This document shows, piece after piece, positions 53,252 to 64,000 of a stretch of DNA of 64,000 nt. Each line of letters begins with the position of its first letter. The stretch's first letter is position 1. Origin of the DNA: Histomonas meleagridis 2922-C6/04-290x. Lineage: Eukaryota; Protista; Parabasalia. The stretch covers positions 416,870 through 480,869 of the forward strand of contig JAANOX010000083.1 in NCBI GenBank assembly GCA_020184695.1. The letters run 5' to 3'. Under the pieces are notes generated by a model. The model was given only the letters and a program-made list of their open reading frames with translations. It was not told where the DNA came from and made no database searches. The position numbers and the translations under genes are program-made.

Positions 53252-54868
53252 TCATTTTTTTGTTTTGTTTCCTTTCCTTAATTCCCTTGACATTTTCATT
53301 AATATTTTTCTGTCGTTACTTCTATCCAATAGCTTTGGCTTTCGGACATTTAAAAGTTCTTTTTCCGAAACAATTTCATTTGCAGCAATTTCATCATTAC
53401 CAATGCTCTTTAGGTATTGTATCTTTGCGTATGTCTTCTTTTTGATATAATTAAGTTTCAATGCAAATTCTTTTTTAAGTTTTTCGTCTTCGCGTAAATA
53501 TTTTTGTTGAATTCGATCAGAAATCGCTTTCGTTTCTTTCTTTTCGAGATTTTTAATGTTTCGAATTTCGCGTTTCGCTTCGTCAATTTTGTTTTGTTTT
53601 ATTAATTCACGCGCTTTCGCCTTTAGCGAAAGAAGTGTTTGCGATGGTTTTCCATATTTACTTAGGAATTCATTGGAACAATATTTCGCATCAAGCGCTT
53701 GCGCAGCGATTTTATATTTCTCCTGAAGAAGTTCAATCGAAATTCGAAGTTTTTCTCGTTCAAATTCAATTTTTGAATTTTGACAAGAATTATTGCCAAA
53801 AGATAATGAATGGATTAAATCATTCAAATATGAGACCTCATCGACCCAAAGACGATCTATACACTGTTCCCGATACTTTTCGAGGATTTTTTGAATATTC
53901 GGGATATCTTTGACATGAGATACATCCCCGGTTTGAATAGCAAGATAAACAGGAGAACTGGGGCGCTCTTTAACAATAAGCCCAAGGTGGCCAAAAAGAT
54001 TAGTCGGTTCATTAACTTCATTATTATCTGAAAATTCATCATCAGAATTACTATTGTAACTTTCATCGGTTTCAAATGTATCTTCTTCCTCCCCTTCTTT
54101 AATGGTAGATGGCTCACTATTTGTTGCGAATTCTTCTTCTTGTGGAATCGTAAGAATCGCATTTGACATTCTCTCAATTTTGGTTGATGACTCGCCAAGA
54201 GGAGCGCCATCTGAGCCACAGCGTTTGTGAGAAATATTGACCTTTTTGCTATTAGTTTCTTCCTCAATTGGAGCAATTTGATCCAAAGATAATTCTGGGT
54301 TAAATGAACTGGGCCTTTCTGATTGACTGATTTGAGACTGTGAAGCTGAGCGAACAATTTCAATTAGATCTGATGGTGGTTCATATCCCATCTTTTTCCA
54401 TCGATTAATGTTTTTATCACGTAATTCTTTAACAATGGCAACCTGAGGATCAGATTCATCATTTTCATCGAGAGGTTCAATATCTTCATTCTCTGAATCC
54501 TCATCAATTGGAAATTCTTGGATTGTATCAATCAATGAATTTTCTCCTCCTTTTGGAATTAACTCACCACGGAGTGATGAAAAAGAAGGTTGCCGATATG
54601 TGAGACCAATTGGTGTAGATTCTTCATCTGGATGATCATCAAAAACTATTATTGGATTTTGAGGTTTGCCGCTTTTACTCTGCTCATCTCCAACAAGTTC
54701 ATTCACGTGATCTCCGGATTTTGTTACTAAATTGCCATAAAGGGAGGAGTATGAAGATTGTCTAAAGGAAAGCTTTATTGGCTTTTCAGCACCAACATGT
54801 GATGAGTTATTTTTGGTGTTGTTTGGTTCTGGTTTTTCATTTGCATTTTGAGAAGGAAGGGGTTCCAT
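53252..54868 (-). CDS. Hypothetical protein with acidic disordered N-half and coiled-coil C-half
   Basis: 538-aa open frame, E/D/S-rich then K/E-rich helices. Confidence 0.7.
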   Translation of the reverse strand: MEPLPSQNANEKPEPNNTKNNSSHVGAEKPIKLSFRQSSYSSLYGNLVTKSGDHVNELVGDEQSKSGKPQNPIIVFDDHPDEESTPIGLTYRQPSFSSLRGELIPKGGENSLIDTIQEFPIDEDSENEDIEPLDENDESDPQVAIVKELRDKNINRWKKMGYEPPSDLIEIVRSASQSQISQSERPSSFNPELSLDQIAPIEEETNSKKVNISHKRCGSDGAPLGESSTKIERMSNAILTIPQEEEFATNSEPSTIKEGEEEDTFETDESYNSNSDDEFSDNNEVNEPTNLFGHLGLIVKERPSSPVYLAIQTGDVSHVKDIPNIQKILEKYREQCIDRLWVDEVSYLNDLIHSLSFGNNSCQNSKIEFEREKLRISIELLQEKYKIAAQALDAKYCSNEFLSKYGKPSQTLLSLKAKARELIKQNKIDEAKREIRNIKNLEKKETKAISDRIQQKYLREDEKLKKEFALKLNYIKKKTYAKIQYLKSIGNDEIAANEIVSEKELLNVRKPKLLDRSNDRKILMKMSRELRKGNKTKK

Positions 54869-55248
54869 TGGCTTTTCTTATGGAATTCGTTTCTGTGCAA
54901 AAACGATAAAGGTCAACTGAATTAGACGACAGTTGTGTCACTTTTTCACACGCAGGGCTTTCTCAATTTCGTCACAGTTTCATAAAGTCTGATTAATCTA
55001 GTGATTAATAGTATTTGGAACACTGAACTTTGTACCTACTTTTGTTTGTTTTTATTAATGTAGGAAAAATTGATCCAAACTTTAATTCACATTTTTTTTT
55101 TGATGATTAAAATTTAAATGTTTGCGCAAAACAGTTGGCCTCATGAAGGATCCTTCATGTTTTTATTAAAAAAATAATTTAGTTTTTTCTTTATTTTATT
55201 ATGGATACAGTGAACTTTTTTTTCCAATATTAATTCGGCGCCACGCAA

Positions 55249-55458
55249 TCAATTAAATAGTAAGGATGCCTTTGTTGTCATTTTGTCGTTTTCATGGAGT
55301 TTCATATTGTATCTGATGAAAAATATAATGTATGCAGTCAAAAGGATAAAACCAATGACAGCAAAAACAATCATGATTATTGAGCATGAACCTGTGCCAC
55401 ATTTCTCTGGGGTATTTTCTTCAAGTATCAGGTTGAACAAAAGCAAAAACAGTGTCAT
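55249..55458 (-). CDS. Small single-pass membrane protein
   Basis: 69 aa; signal-like MTLFLLLFNL, TM IIMIVFAVIGFILLTAYIIFFI, SLL tail. Confidence 0.5.
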   Translation of the reverse strand: MTLFLLLFNLILEENTPEKCGTGSCSIIMIVFAVIGFILLTAYIIFFIRYNMKLHENDKMTTKASLLFN

Positions 55459-55562
55459 AAATGACGTATAGCTTTGAATTGTTTACAACAACGTGATTCT
55501 ATCGTTCTCAAAAATCTCTACGATCATATTGAACCCAATTTAAAATATGTACGTTAATCAGA

Positions 55563-56711
55563 ATGATTGTATCACAAAGACTTACTAAGATCAGATGCGA
55601 TCTTGCAAATTTAGATGACGAAATTGCATCTATTCAAGATGAACTAAATAGTTCAACAAAATCAATAAATTCACAATATAGTTTTAATGATGAAAGTCAA
55701 ACGCAATCATTTACAAGTGATATTTCTAGCACGGAAAATTCTGAAATTAATGAATTAATGTTACCTCGTAATTCAATTAATATTCCTGGTTATATCCCAC
55801 CTTCTGAAAGAATTTATGATCACCTTGAAAAGCAAAAAAAATTTAGAGAAAGAGCACTTAAAGACCGAGAATTAGAGTTCCAACAAGAATATACGTTTCA
55901 TCCCAAAATAAGTAGAAAGAGCAAAAATCTTCGATATAATACAGATCACCTTCTAAAACCAAATTCACGCAAATATCAAATTGAAGAACAAAGTACGCAA
56001 AATTACATGAATTCATATTCCAAACATATTGCAAATAATTATGAATCAAAAACAAATACTAATTTCCTATCACGTCAATTCAAAAAGAATAATCAAAATC
56101 CACAACAAACAATATCAAACCCAACCAAAACAATTACTTCAGAACAAGAAAAGGAAATGATTGAGCGTTTAACAAAGCCAAAAGTTTCAAAACATTTTTC
56201 TCCGAACACTAACAAATCTCTGAAAAAACAAATTCCTTCATCACCAAATACATTCGAAAGACTTGTTACAAGCTCAATGAAGAAAGTAAAAGTTGAAGAA
56301 ATAAAAAATAATTACCAATCAAAAATGGATCCCAACAGTCGAAAAATATCTGAAAACATTAAAACTGATTTATTTGAAGAATCTGTAGAAAAACATAACA
56401 GAATTATGAAACAAGCCGAGGAAGTAAAGCGATGGAAAGAGTTAGCTGATGCAGCTGAATATAGTTTTAAACCAGAATTAGAAAGAAGACATGTTTCAGT
56501 TCCTAAAAAGGTGAAAGTTGCAGATGTTGAAATATTTCTCGAAAGAATGAGAAAGAATTCACAACAAAACGAAGAAAATAAAAATAAACAGAAACTTCCA
56601 TGTAAAACATATAGGAAAAAGTCAAAAGAGAAAAATGTGCAAAATGGTCCACCTCCACCTTTAGATCCGAAAATCGAAAGTATTCTAAATGAAATTGATA
56701 TGTTGTTATAA
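55563..56711 (+). CDS. Hypothetical basic protein with [Y/T][T/S]FxP motifs, possibly cytoskeletal
   Basis: EYTFHPKIS and EYSFKPEL motifs, N-terminal coiled coil. Confidence 0.65.
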   Translation: MIVSQRLTKIRCDLANLDDEIASIQDELNSSTKSINSQYSFNDESQTQSFTSDISSTENSEINELMLPRNSINIPGYIPPSERIYDHLEKQKKFRERALKDRELEFQQEYTFHPKISRKSKNLRYNTDHLLKPNSRKYQIEEQSTQNYMNSYSKHIANNYESKTNTNFLSRQFKKNNQNPQQTISNPTKTITSEQEKEMIERLTKPKVSKHFSPNTNKSLKKQIPSSPNTFERLVTSSMKKVKVEEIKNNYQSKMDPNSRKISENIKTDLFEESVEKHNRIMKQAEEVKRWKELADAAEYSFKPELERRHVSVPKKVKVADVEIFLERMRKNSQQNEENKNKQKLPCKTYRKKSKEKNVQNGPPPPLDPKIESILNEIDMLL

Positions 56712-57087
56712 TAAATCATGTTTTTCACAAATAATTTTTGAAATAAGAGAAAAGGAAATAATGGGATATCATGCACTCCTCATTACTTTGATATTTTTTC
56801 ATTTACTATGAATCAATTAAAAAATTTCAAAAAATTGAAAGAACAAAATTAAGATAAAAAAATATTGAAATTCTTATGTTAAAAAAACAAATATTTCTTC
56901 TCAATAACTTAATATTGCTTTATCTCTCATGCAATTATTTAAAATTAAGGTATTTTCTGAAAACTTTAATAATCAGCTGTATTGCATCATTTTTTGAAAT
57001 TTTTGAACAGTTTAAATTTCCGATAAATTTTTCTATGGAAAAACGGCTTATTCAAAAATTGCTAGTTTTTAACGGTTTTTAAACTGG

Positions 57088-57759
57088 ATGGAGGAACAAA
57101 CAGAAACAAACACCAAAAACTACATGATTCATGTGATGTTTCCTGATGGCACATCGCAGCCGTATAGCGTAAGTTCAAGTTCCACTGTTTTTGATTTAAT
57201 TAAATTAGTTCAGGAAGATTCAAAAGTTACAAAACCTGAAGAAAAAACTCTTTCACTTATTTACCGTGGAAGGTTTTTGCTTCCGTCTGAAGTATTTCAA
57301 AACATAGAAAAAATGGATGAGTTTTCTGTTCAAGCATATTTTAAACCAATTAAAAAACAAGAAAATGAAGAGGAGCCAGTTGAGTTGAAAGGCTTCGATC
57401 GTATTTCGAGAATGGGTTATTCTCCGGAACTTATTTCAACAATCCGAACCAATTTTCATACAATGAATGGAACATTAGACGAAAGTGATGAAACACGTTT
57501 AAACATTGAAGAAGAGTGGTTCCCAGTTATATTTAACCAAGAGAACCCTCTTGACTTACTTGGCATTCATACCGATAACTTGAATGAAACAACTGGAATA
57601 TTAGAACCAGCGCAAGAGTATCCAAGGAGACTACCATCATGGCTTTATCTCTTGATTGGTTTTACTCTCGGAACACTTTTTGGGTTTGTTTCTCTGATTG
57701 TATTATTTGTTGATATGACAAACTTTTTCTTAGTTCTTGGAGTTTTGAAAACTATATGA
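57088..57759 (+). CDS. Ubiquitin-like domain membrane protein, Dsc3/TMUB-like
   Basis: N-terminal UBL (LSLIYRGRFL), GFDRISRMGYS.E.I..IR.NF..R..IEEEW, then hydrophobic IGFTLGTLFGFVSL. Confidence 0.72.
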   Translation: MEEQTETNTKNYMIHVMFPDGTSQPYSVSSSSTVFDLIKLVQEDSKVTKPEEKTLSLIYRGRFLLPSEVFQNIEKMDEFSVQAYFKPIKKQENEEEPVELKGFDRISRMGYSPELISTIRTNFHTMNGTLDESDETRLNIEEEWFPVIFNQENPLDLLGIHTDNLNETTGILEPAQEYPRRLPSWLYLLIGFTLGTLFGFVSLIVLFVDMTNFFLVLGVLKTI

Positions 57760-57904
57760 GAAAAGCACTTTAAATTTAATGAAATACTTTATCTTCCTTG
57801 CATCTAAAGCAAAATGCTTAAACAGCCCAAAAAAAATTAACGTACGGTGCTAAAGCAAATATGAATCCCTAAAGAGAAATCCTGGCTCATCGCCTGAATT
57901 TGGT

Positions 57905-59356
57905 ATGGGTGTTGTTGGAAAAGGAATGGGTCCTGTCTTTACTGAATTTTATATTCCAAATTTAATTTATCCAGATACTCTAACTAAAATCTCATTACGA
58001 AAATGCTCACTTAAAGGTGCTCATGCTCGATCTATTGCAAACCTTATTATTACCTTGCCAAATTTACGACAGTTTGATTCGAGTGAAAATGAATTTGGTG
58101 ATAGAGCTAAAGAAATCATAGATGCTGCAATTGGTCATCCATCACTTTATTCTCTAATTCTTGAAAACACAAAAATCAATGATTCTTCAATTTCCTCATT
58201 AAATATACTTATTACTACCTCCAGAAAGCTTGAAACTCTTCTTATCGCACCACTCAAAGCCAGCAAAGACAATCTAAAACTTATAATTCATGCACTTGAC
58301 AATAATAATTATCTCAAAAATGTTTCTTTAAGGTCACATGAAGAAGATCCCAGTAAAAACGTTACCTCACGTAACAATGTCATCTTTGATCTTGTCGATT
58401 CCATATCCCGTCATCCTTTCCAAAGTGATTTCCGTGACAAAGTTGAATCGTTTAAATCAGTCAAAGGGCGTCAAATGTTAATGGGACGTGCTGGGCAAAA
58501 AGAGCGTATTCGTGGCACCAAATTGTTTAAAGAGATTGAATTAGCTGATCTTCGCGCTAAGACCATTGACAAACAAGAATCGCATCAAATGGGCGACACT
58601 TTTCGCAGCGGCCACGCCGAAATGATCGGGCGTCGCCCCAACATGGAAGATGTTTCCATCATCTTAAAGGACACACCGAACGAAGGCTCCATGTTATTTG
58701 GCTTATTTGATGGCCACGGCGGACGTGAAGCTGCCGAATATGCTTCTGAGAACTTGCCTCCTTTAATCACCGGGAACATATCATCCGGGAAGCCATTAAA
58801 TGAAGCGATTGATGAGTCCTTCAGTCAGATCCAAAACGACATGCGCTCGTGGTGTGTATACGTTGGAACGACAGCTGTCATAGCCATCATTAATGGCCAA
58901 ACACTCAGCGTCGCAAACATCGGCGATACGCGATGCGTGTTATGTCGAGACGGTAAAGCAGTCCGATTGACAGTGGACCATAAGCCCGATTTGCCCGAAG
59001 AAGCAGAATACATACAATCGAAAGGCGGCTTCGTGAGAGAGGGCAGAGTCGGAGGGATGTTGGCCGTGTCACGCGCGTTGGGCGATGGCTTCCTGGGCGA
59101 CGCAGTAAACTCGAAGCCGAACTTCCGTCAAGTGGAAATCACTGGCGACGACGCGTTCATGATAATGGCATGCGACGGTGTGTGGGACGTGATGTCCGAC
59201 CAAGAGGCATGCGATATTGTGGCGGCCGAAATCGACCCAATGACGGCAGCAAAGTCATTGAGAGATGCGGCTTTCGAAATGAATTCGTTGGATAACATTT
59301 CTGTGATTGTGGTGTTTTTGGCTGAGGCACTTGCTAACAAAGTAATTGATGAATAA
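57905..59356 (+). CDS. LRR plus PP2C (PPM) protein phosphatase
   Basis: RI-like LRRs then GRRPNMED, GLFDGHGG, ANIGDTR, DHKP, LAVSRALGD, ACDGVWDV, DNISVIVV; may start at ATG 57814 across two A-run indels. Confidence 0.93.
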   Translation: MGVVGKGMGPVFTEFYIPNLIYPDTLTKISLRKCSLKGAHARSIANLIITLPNLRQFDSSENEFGDRAKEIIDAAIGHPSLYSLILENTKINDSSISSLNILITTSRKLETLLIAPLKASKDNLKLIIHALDNNNYLKNVSLRSHEEDPSKNVTSRNNVIFDLVDSISRHPFQSDFRDKVESFKSVKGRQMLMGRAGQKERIRGTKLFKEIELADLRAKTIDKQESHQMGDTFRSGHAEMIGRRPNMEDVSIILKDTPNEGSMLFGLFDGHGGREAAEYASENLPPLITGNISSGKPLNEAIDESFSQIQNDMRSWCVYVGTTAVIAIINGQTLSVANIGDTRCVLCRDGKAVRLTVDHKPDLPEEAEYIQSKGGFVREGRVGGMLAVSRALGDGFLGDAVNSKPNFRQVEITGDDAFMIMACDGVWDVMSDQEACDIVAAEIDPMTAAKSLRDAAFEMNSLDNISVIVVFLAEALANKVIDE

Positions 59357-60215
59357 AACGTTTGATTTTAGGTAATATGTTTAATGTTTGTTTGTGTTCT
59401 CTCATGATGTATAAATTTGTCTTCGGTTTTGTTCCTTAACTCGATATAATTTTCATAGGAACCTTTCTCAAGAAGGAATTTGAATATATCATCTTTCTAG
59501 TTGAGATATATTCAGCATCATATTTATTATTGATAAACAAAAATAAAATGTGTCATTTCCAATTGATGTAACTAGATTGATCGTTTTCTTAAATTAAGTT
59601 TGTTTACATATCTTAATGTAATTTAATTTTTAATTCTACCTAAATCATTGCATAGCACATTTCCGAAATAATTCCTCCTGATTAAGGTTTGTTAGCCCTT
59701 GTGTCAAATCATTTTCATCTTATAAGAAATTAAATTTATTTCAATATCGTATTATAGTAAAATACGGCTTCTATCTAACTATTGAATACAAGCATTAAAA
59801 TACAACCTCAGCGAAATGATATTAAAACTTTAAAGTATTTGTTTTAAAAAATAAAGTAAAGGCATGAAACACTGATTAAACTTGGACTAACCTTATAAAA
59901 AACATTGAATACCAAGGATAATAAGCGTTTGTTGAAATTTCCAAATAACTTTAAAGTCTAAATGGAGTAAAAAATCATTTTTTTCGTTCATTTATCGGGA
60001 AAAATAAATCAATATGTTTGGATATGAAAAAAATCACTTAGAATACAAGAGACAGGAAATAAGTAACAATAATAGTAGGTAATTACCACTTTCGCAAGCG
60101 TTTTATGCAAAGAATGACATAAGAAATTCACAGTTAAGGATGCAGACAATGGATCCATTAAATAAGTTATGTTTTATTAAGATATGTTTTGGTGTAATTA
60201 CACATTTATAAATTT

Positions 60216-63200
60216 TCAATTTTGTTTATTTTCATCACTTTCATTCTTATCATCATTTACCTCTTTATCCTCTTCTTCCTTATTCTTCTTATTCTTTTTT
60301 TTATCATCTTCATCTTCAACATCTTCAACAACATCTTCGTTCTCATCATTATTTTCTTCTTCTTTCTTTTCTTCATTATTTTCATTTTCGTTTTCGTTTT
60401 CATTTTTCTTTTTCTCTCTTTCTTCAGCTTCTATTTTTTCTTGTTCTTCTTTCTTCCATATCACCAAATTCGATTGTATCTGTTGTTCATTTACCACCAA
60501 TTCGTTAGCAATTCTTGTTGTTGTTTGGAACAATGGCAAACAAACGAAAGTATAAAATCCAATTTGTGACTTCGGCTTATCCAAATGTTCTCTATCATTT
60601 AATGGGGACGTGTATTCCATTCCTTGAGCCATTTCCAAGTCGCCTTGTCTAAAGAACTCTTCGCATAATACGTCGCACCATCTATTTGCCAATTCGAATG
60701 GTCTTGATACGTTTGATACGTCACCACATTTAAGTATTAACTTCATAGCAATTAATCTATGTTCTGGTTTTTCGAAGTCAATACCTTTATCTATTTCGGC
60801 GTTTGCATATTTTAAGAATTCGAAATGTTTTGCCATGTCAGTAATCAAAATCAAGTCAATGATTAATGTCCACATTTGTTTAAACTCTGTTGGACTTAAT
60901 GAATATAAAATATTATTTTCTTCTTTAGCTAAAACACCAATAGATATTGAACAATGATGTGTTTCCATAACACTTTGGTTCTTAAATAAGATACCTAATG
61001 GTGTTTCGGCTTTAACATTATATACATTAGTAAAGCCATCATGATTAGCATCATGACATATGGCAGAGACTAATAATCCAAACAGTTCCATCTTCGTAAG
61101 CTTCTCATCCATTTTCGATATTTTTACTTGATAACTTACAAATTGGGTGACATCAACTGCATGTCGCCAATTATGATATGGAACGGGATTATAAGTAGAA
61201 CTAATTTCGGATAAAAATCGAAACATTTTTTCATTTGGTATTTTGAATTCTTTTAAGATATTAAACTCATTAAAGATATACCAAATGACTTTAAAATGGC
61301 CAATTCCATCCCAATCGGGAGAATTAAAGTTAATCTTTAATATCGTGTCAGTGTCTTCTTTTGGTATTATTAATTCTTTCGGAATATCATATGTATCTCT
61401 TTCATTTTCACTTATATATTTTCGGAGTTCTGATTCGACATGACCGAATTTAGCGATTTCTTCTAATTCACTTTTTTCTAATGATACTGAAGCAAAGACA
61501 GCAAAGCAATCAAGTAATTTAATATCTTCTGGTAATAACTTTAAAGGACAACTTAACTCAAAAACTCCAATTATTTTCCCATTACTTATTATTAATGGAA
61601 TATCACATAATGGAGTAAATTGGGATAATTCAGGTACACTTTTAGTACTTGAGAATATTATTGTTTTCCCTTTACTTAATGCATTTGAGACACGACTTGA
61701 ATTTAATTGTTGTTCTTCAATTTCACTTTTGTTATCTGATGTTAATTGGACTTGTTTAATAATATCATCTCGTGAGAAAATAGTAGTGTTACCTGATTCT
61801 AATACATTTTTAGCAAATACATTTCCATGAATTATAGCTTCTCCAATAGATACATAAGGTGTTAATCGACTTACTTCATTTTGACTTTCCTTTAAGAATA
61901 TCGTAACTCGAGAAGCGCGTACAAAGTTTTTAGCGTTTTGTAATATTTCTTCAATTACATTTCGTACTGATTGAGTCTTATTTAAAGCCGTTGTCATTTC
62001 AACAAAACTTCGTAATTGATTTGTCATGTTTAAAGAAGATCGATAAAGTTTTGCATTATCTAAAGCAATACCACAAAACACATTAAACGCTTTCATCATT
62101 TTAATGTCATCTTCATCAAAAGCATTTCCATCTTCTCTATTAATCATTTCAGTTACACCTGCAATTTCACCTCTATTATCATAAATTGGTACAGTTAATA
62201 TAGTTCGAGTTTTAAATCCAGTTGCCATATCTACAGATTTATCAAAATGTGGATCATTATAAGCATCAGTAATATTAACAACATTACCTGTAGATGCTGT
62301 ATAACCTGCAATTCCTTGTGTTAATGGTAAACATATTGATTTATCTAATCCTCCATGGAATCGTGTAATTAAATCTTTCTTATTGGAACTAAGTAAGAAT
62401 AATGAACATCTTTCAGTATGTAATAATGATGAAGCTCTTTGCATAATCATTGGTATTAAGACATCGATATCTAAAACGCCACTTAAACATTCGGCAACTT
62501 CTAATAACGCTGTTAATCGTGCTGCTGATTCAGTACAATCATTATAAATATTACCGTTATTATTAATATCATTTAATAATGACTTAATAATAATTGGTGC
62601 AACTGATTCTAATCGAATAGAATCAACTGCACTAAATGATTTATGATCAACTTTATCTCGTAAAACTATAGATATAGTTTGTGGATCATCATGTGATGAA
62701 AATATAAATAATGAAGAATGTTCTGTGCCATCAATGCCTGGACTATAATCTGGCGCTTGAATAACATCGGGATAACTAACAGTGATTCCAAGTTTCATCG
62801 CATACCCAACAACACCAAGCGTTTTATTATATTGTACAAATCCTTTTCCAACATTATACTTGGAAAAGATTCCGGTGCCTTCATCATATGACCAAAATTC
62901 AACTGTTTTACATTCGAAACATCGCGCAAGCTTCTCAATAAGTTTGGTGTCATTAAAATGACTAATGTCGGAATCAAAAATTTCATTTAAGTCATAATCA
63001 ATGAAAAAGTGACTAAGACGGGTAAAATTCTCTTGGAAAAATAATGCGTTTTGGTTATCTTCGTCTGTAAATTCAACCCATTCACCTAAACGAAAAACTT
63101 GTGCAATCGCAAATACATTTTGATCATAATCTATAAGTGGAATATACATGGAAAAAGTGTCGGAATAATCAACAGAAGAATCAAAACTTTCATTTTGAGT

Positions 63201-63613
63201 ATAAGGATTAATATTAATGATTTTCTTTTCACGATAACATAAACCAACAATACCGACATCATATGAACATTTCTTAAATAAGGTTGGCGATTGTAAAACA
63301 TTTGAGTGCTTATCATTAAACCAAACATAACATTGAGAAGCATTCATAAATTGGATTAATCCTTGTTCATTGCTGTTTGAATAGGTATATTACCTAAATT
63401 TTTCAAAATATTTTCTATTATACAATAGTTGCGATCGTTTTCTTGAGTATTTAGTTGATTAATTGTAGCTTTATGAGATTTGTTATTATTTGATCGATTA
63501 TGTTGAACATTTGGTACAGCTAAATAAGGGTTATATCTTCCGTTCTTTAAAACGCCTGTCTTATTATCTGTATGCTTTTGACGAGGATCAATCCCGAAGT
63601 GCCCAAAACTCAT
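60216..63613 (-). CDS. GAF-domain class I cyclic nucleotide phosphodiesterase; one frameshift near 63369
   Basis: GAF domains (NKRE..FDEDD-type motif), YHNWRHAVDV, CHDANHDG, TDMAKHF, LKCGDVSN, EEFFRQGD, SQIGF; upstream ORF 63356-63613 joins with one added base. Confidence 0.93.
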
Positions 63614-64000
63614 TGCAAATAACGTACTTATCTGAAAAAGTATGTTTTTGACAATATTGTCAAAAATTGTAAACAGGATTTAAAAACTTTACAAAATATT
63701 GGTAGTTAATAAAATTGGGCTACCCCATTTTTTATAACACTTTTTGTAAGTGATTTGGTCAGCCGTGTTATTCATTTAATAATTTTCAATATCAGGGACC
63801 GTTAATGTACAGAAATATCTGTCAATTCTTGATTTAACTCCAAAAATAAATAAAAATATCTTATTATATAAATAAATTATTAATATCTTTTGATTTTAAA
63901 AATTTTATCCTTATTTTTATGTAAAATATAATAAGTTTAATAAATGTTTTATGAAGATTTCATGAATTTTTCTAAGTAAAGATTTTCAAATGATTTAAAT

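Noticed and set aside
57842-57874. GTACGG...AG as a short intron in the PP2C 5' region
   Set aside because: An in-frame TAA precedes it and no branch motif is present; the two-indel model fits better
60184-60569. F/S- and F/I/L-rich plus-strand ORFs
   Set aside because: Antisense of the E/K/N-rich PDE tail

Overview
AT-rich, gene-dense, almost intron-free eukaryotic DNA. The gene set and promoter motifs point to a parabasalid (Trichomonas/Tritrichomonas-like); this is inference from BspA and Pmp-like surface proteins, a DUF3447-type ankyrin gene, a trichomonad-type thioredoxin and Inr/M2/M3-like motifs. It carries about 35 protein genes (TRM7, IFT144, CCT6, NAA40, eIF1, TCTP, glycogen phosphorylase, ArfGAP, RhoGEF, PP2C, GAF-PDE, an FG nucleoporin, an HPS3-like protein), one tRNA-Val(AAC), a hAT-type MITE, a 55-57 bp minisatellite and a TIR-bounded tyrosine-recombinase-like remnant. 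The most striking structure is two separate ankyrin arrays (39.6-40.9 kb minus, 48.6-49.9 kb plus). In both, intact 90-nt ankyrin cores alternate with AT-rich spacers that are mostly exactly 80 nt, break the frame, often contain stops and lack GT-AG ends, giving a 170-nt period. This suggests an unrecognised intron class, a translational bypass or a cassette system. All calls were made by eye; no searches were run. Several single-base homopolymer frameshifts may be assembly errors.
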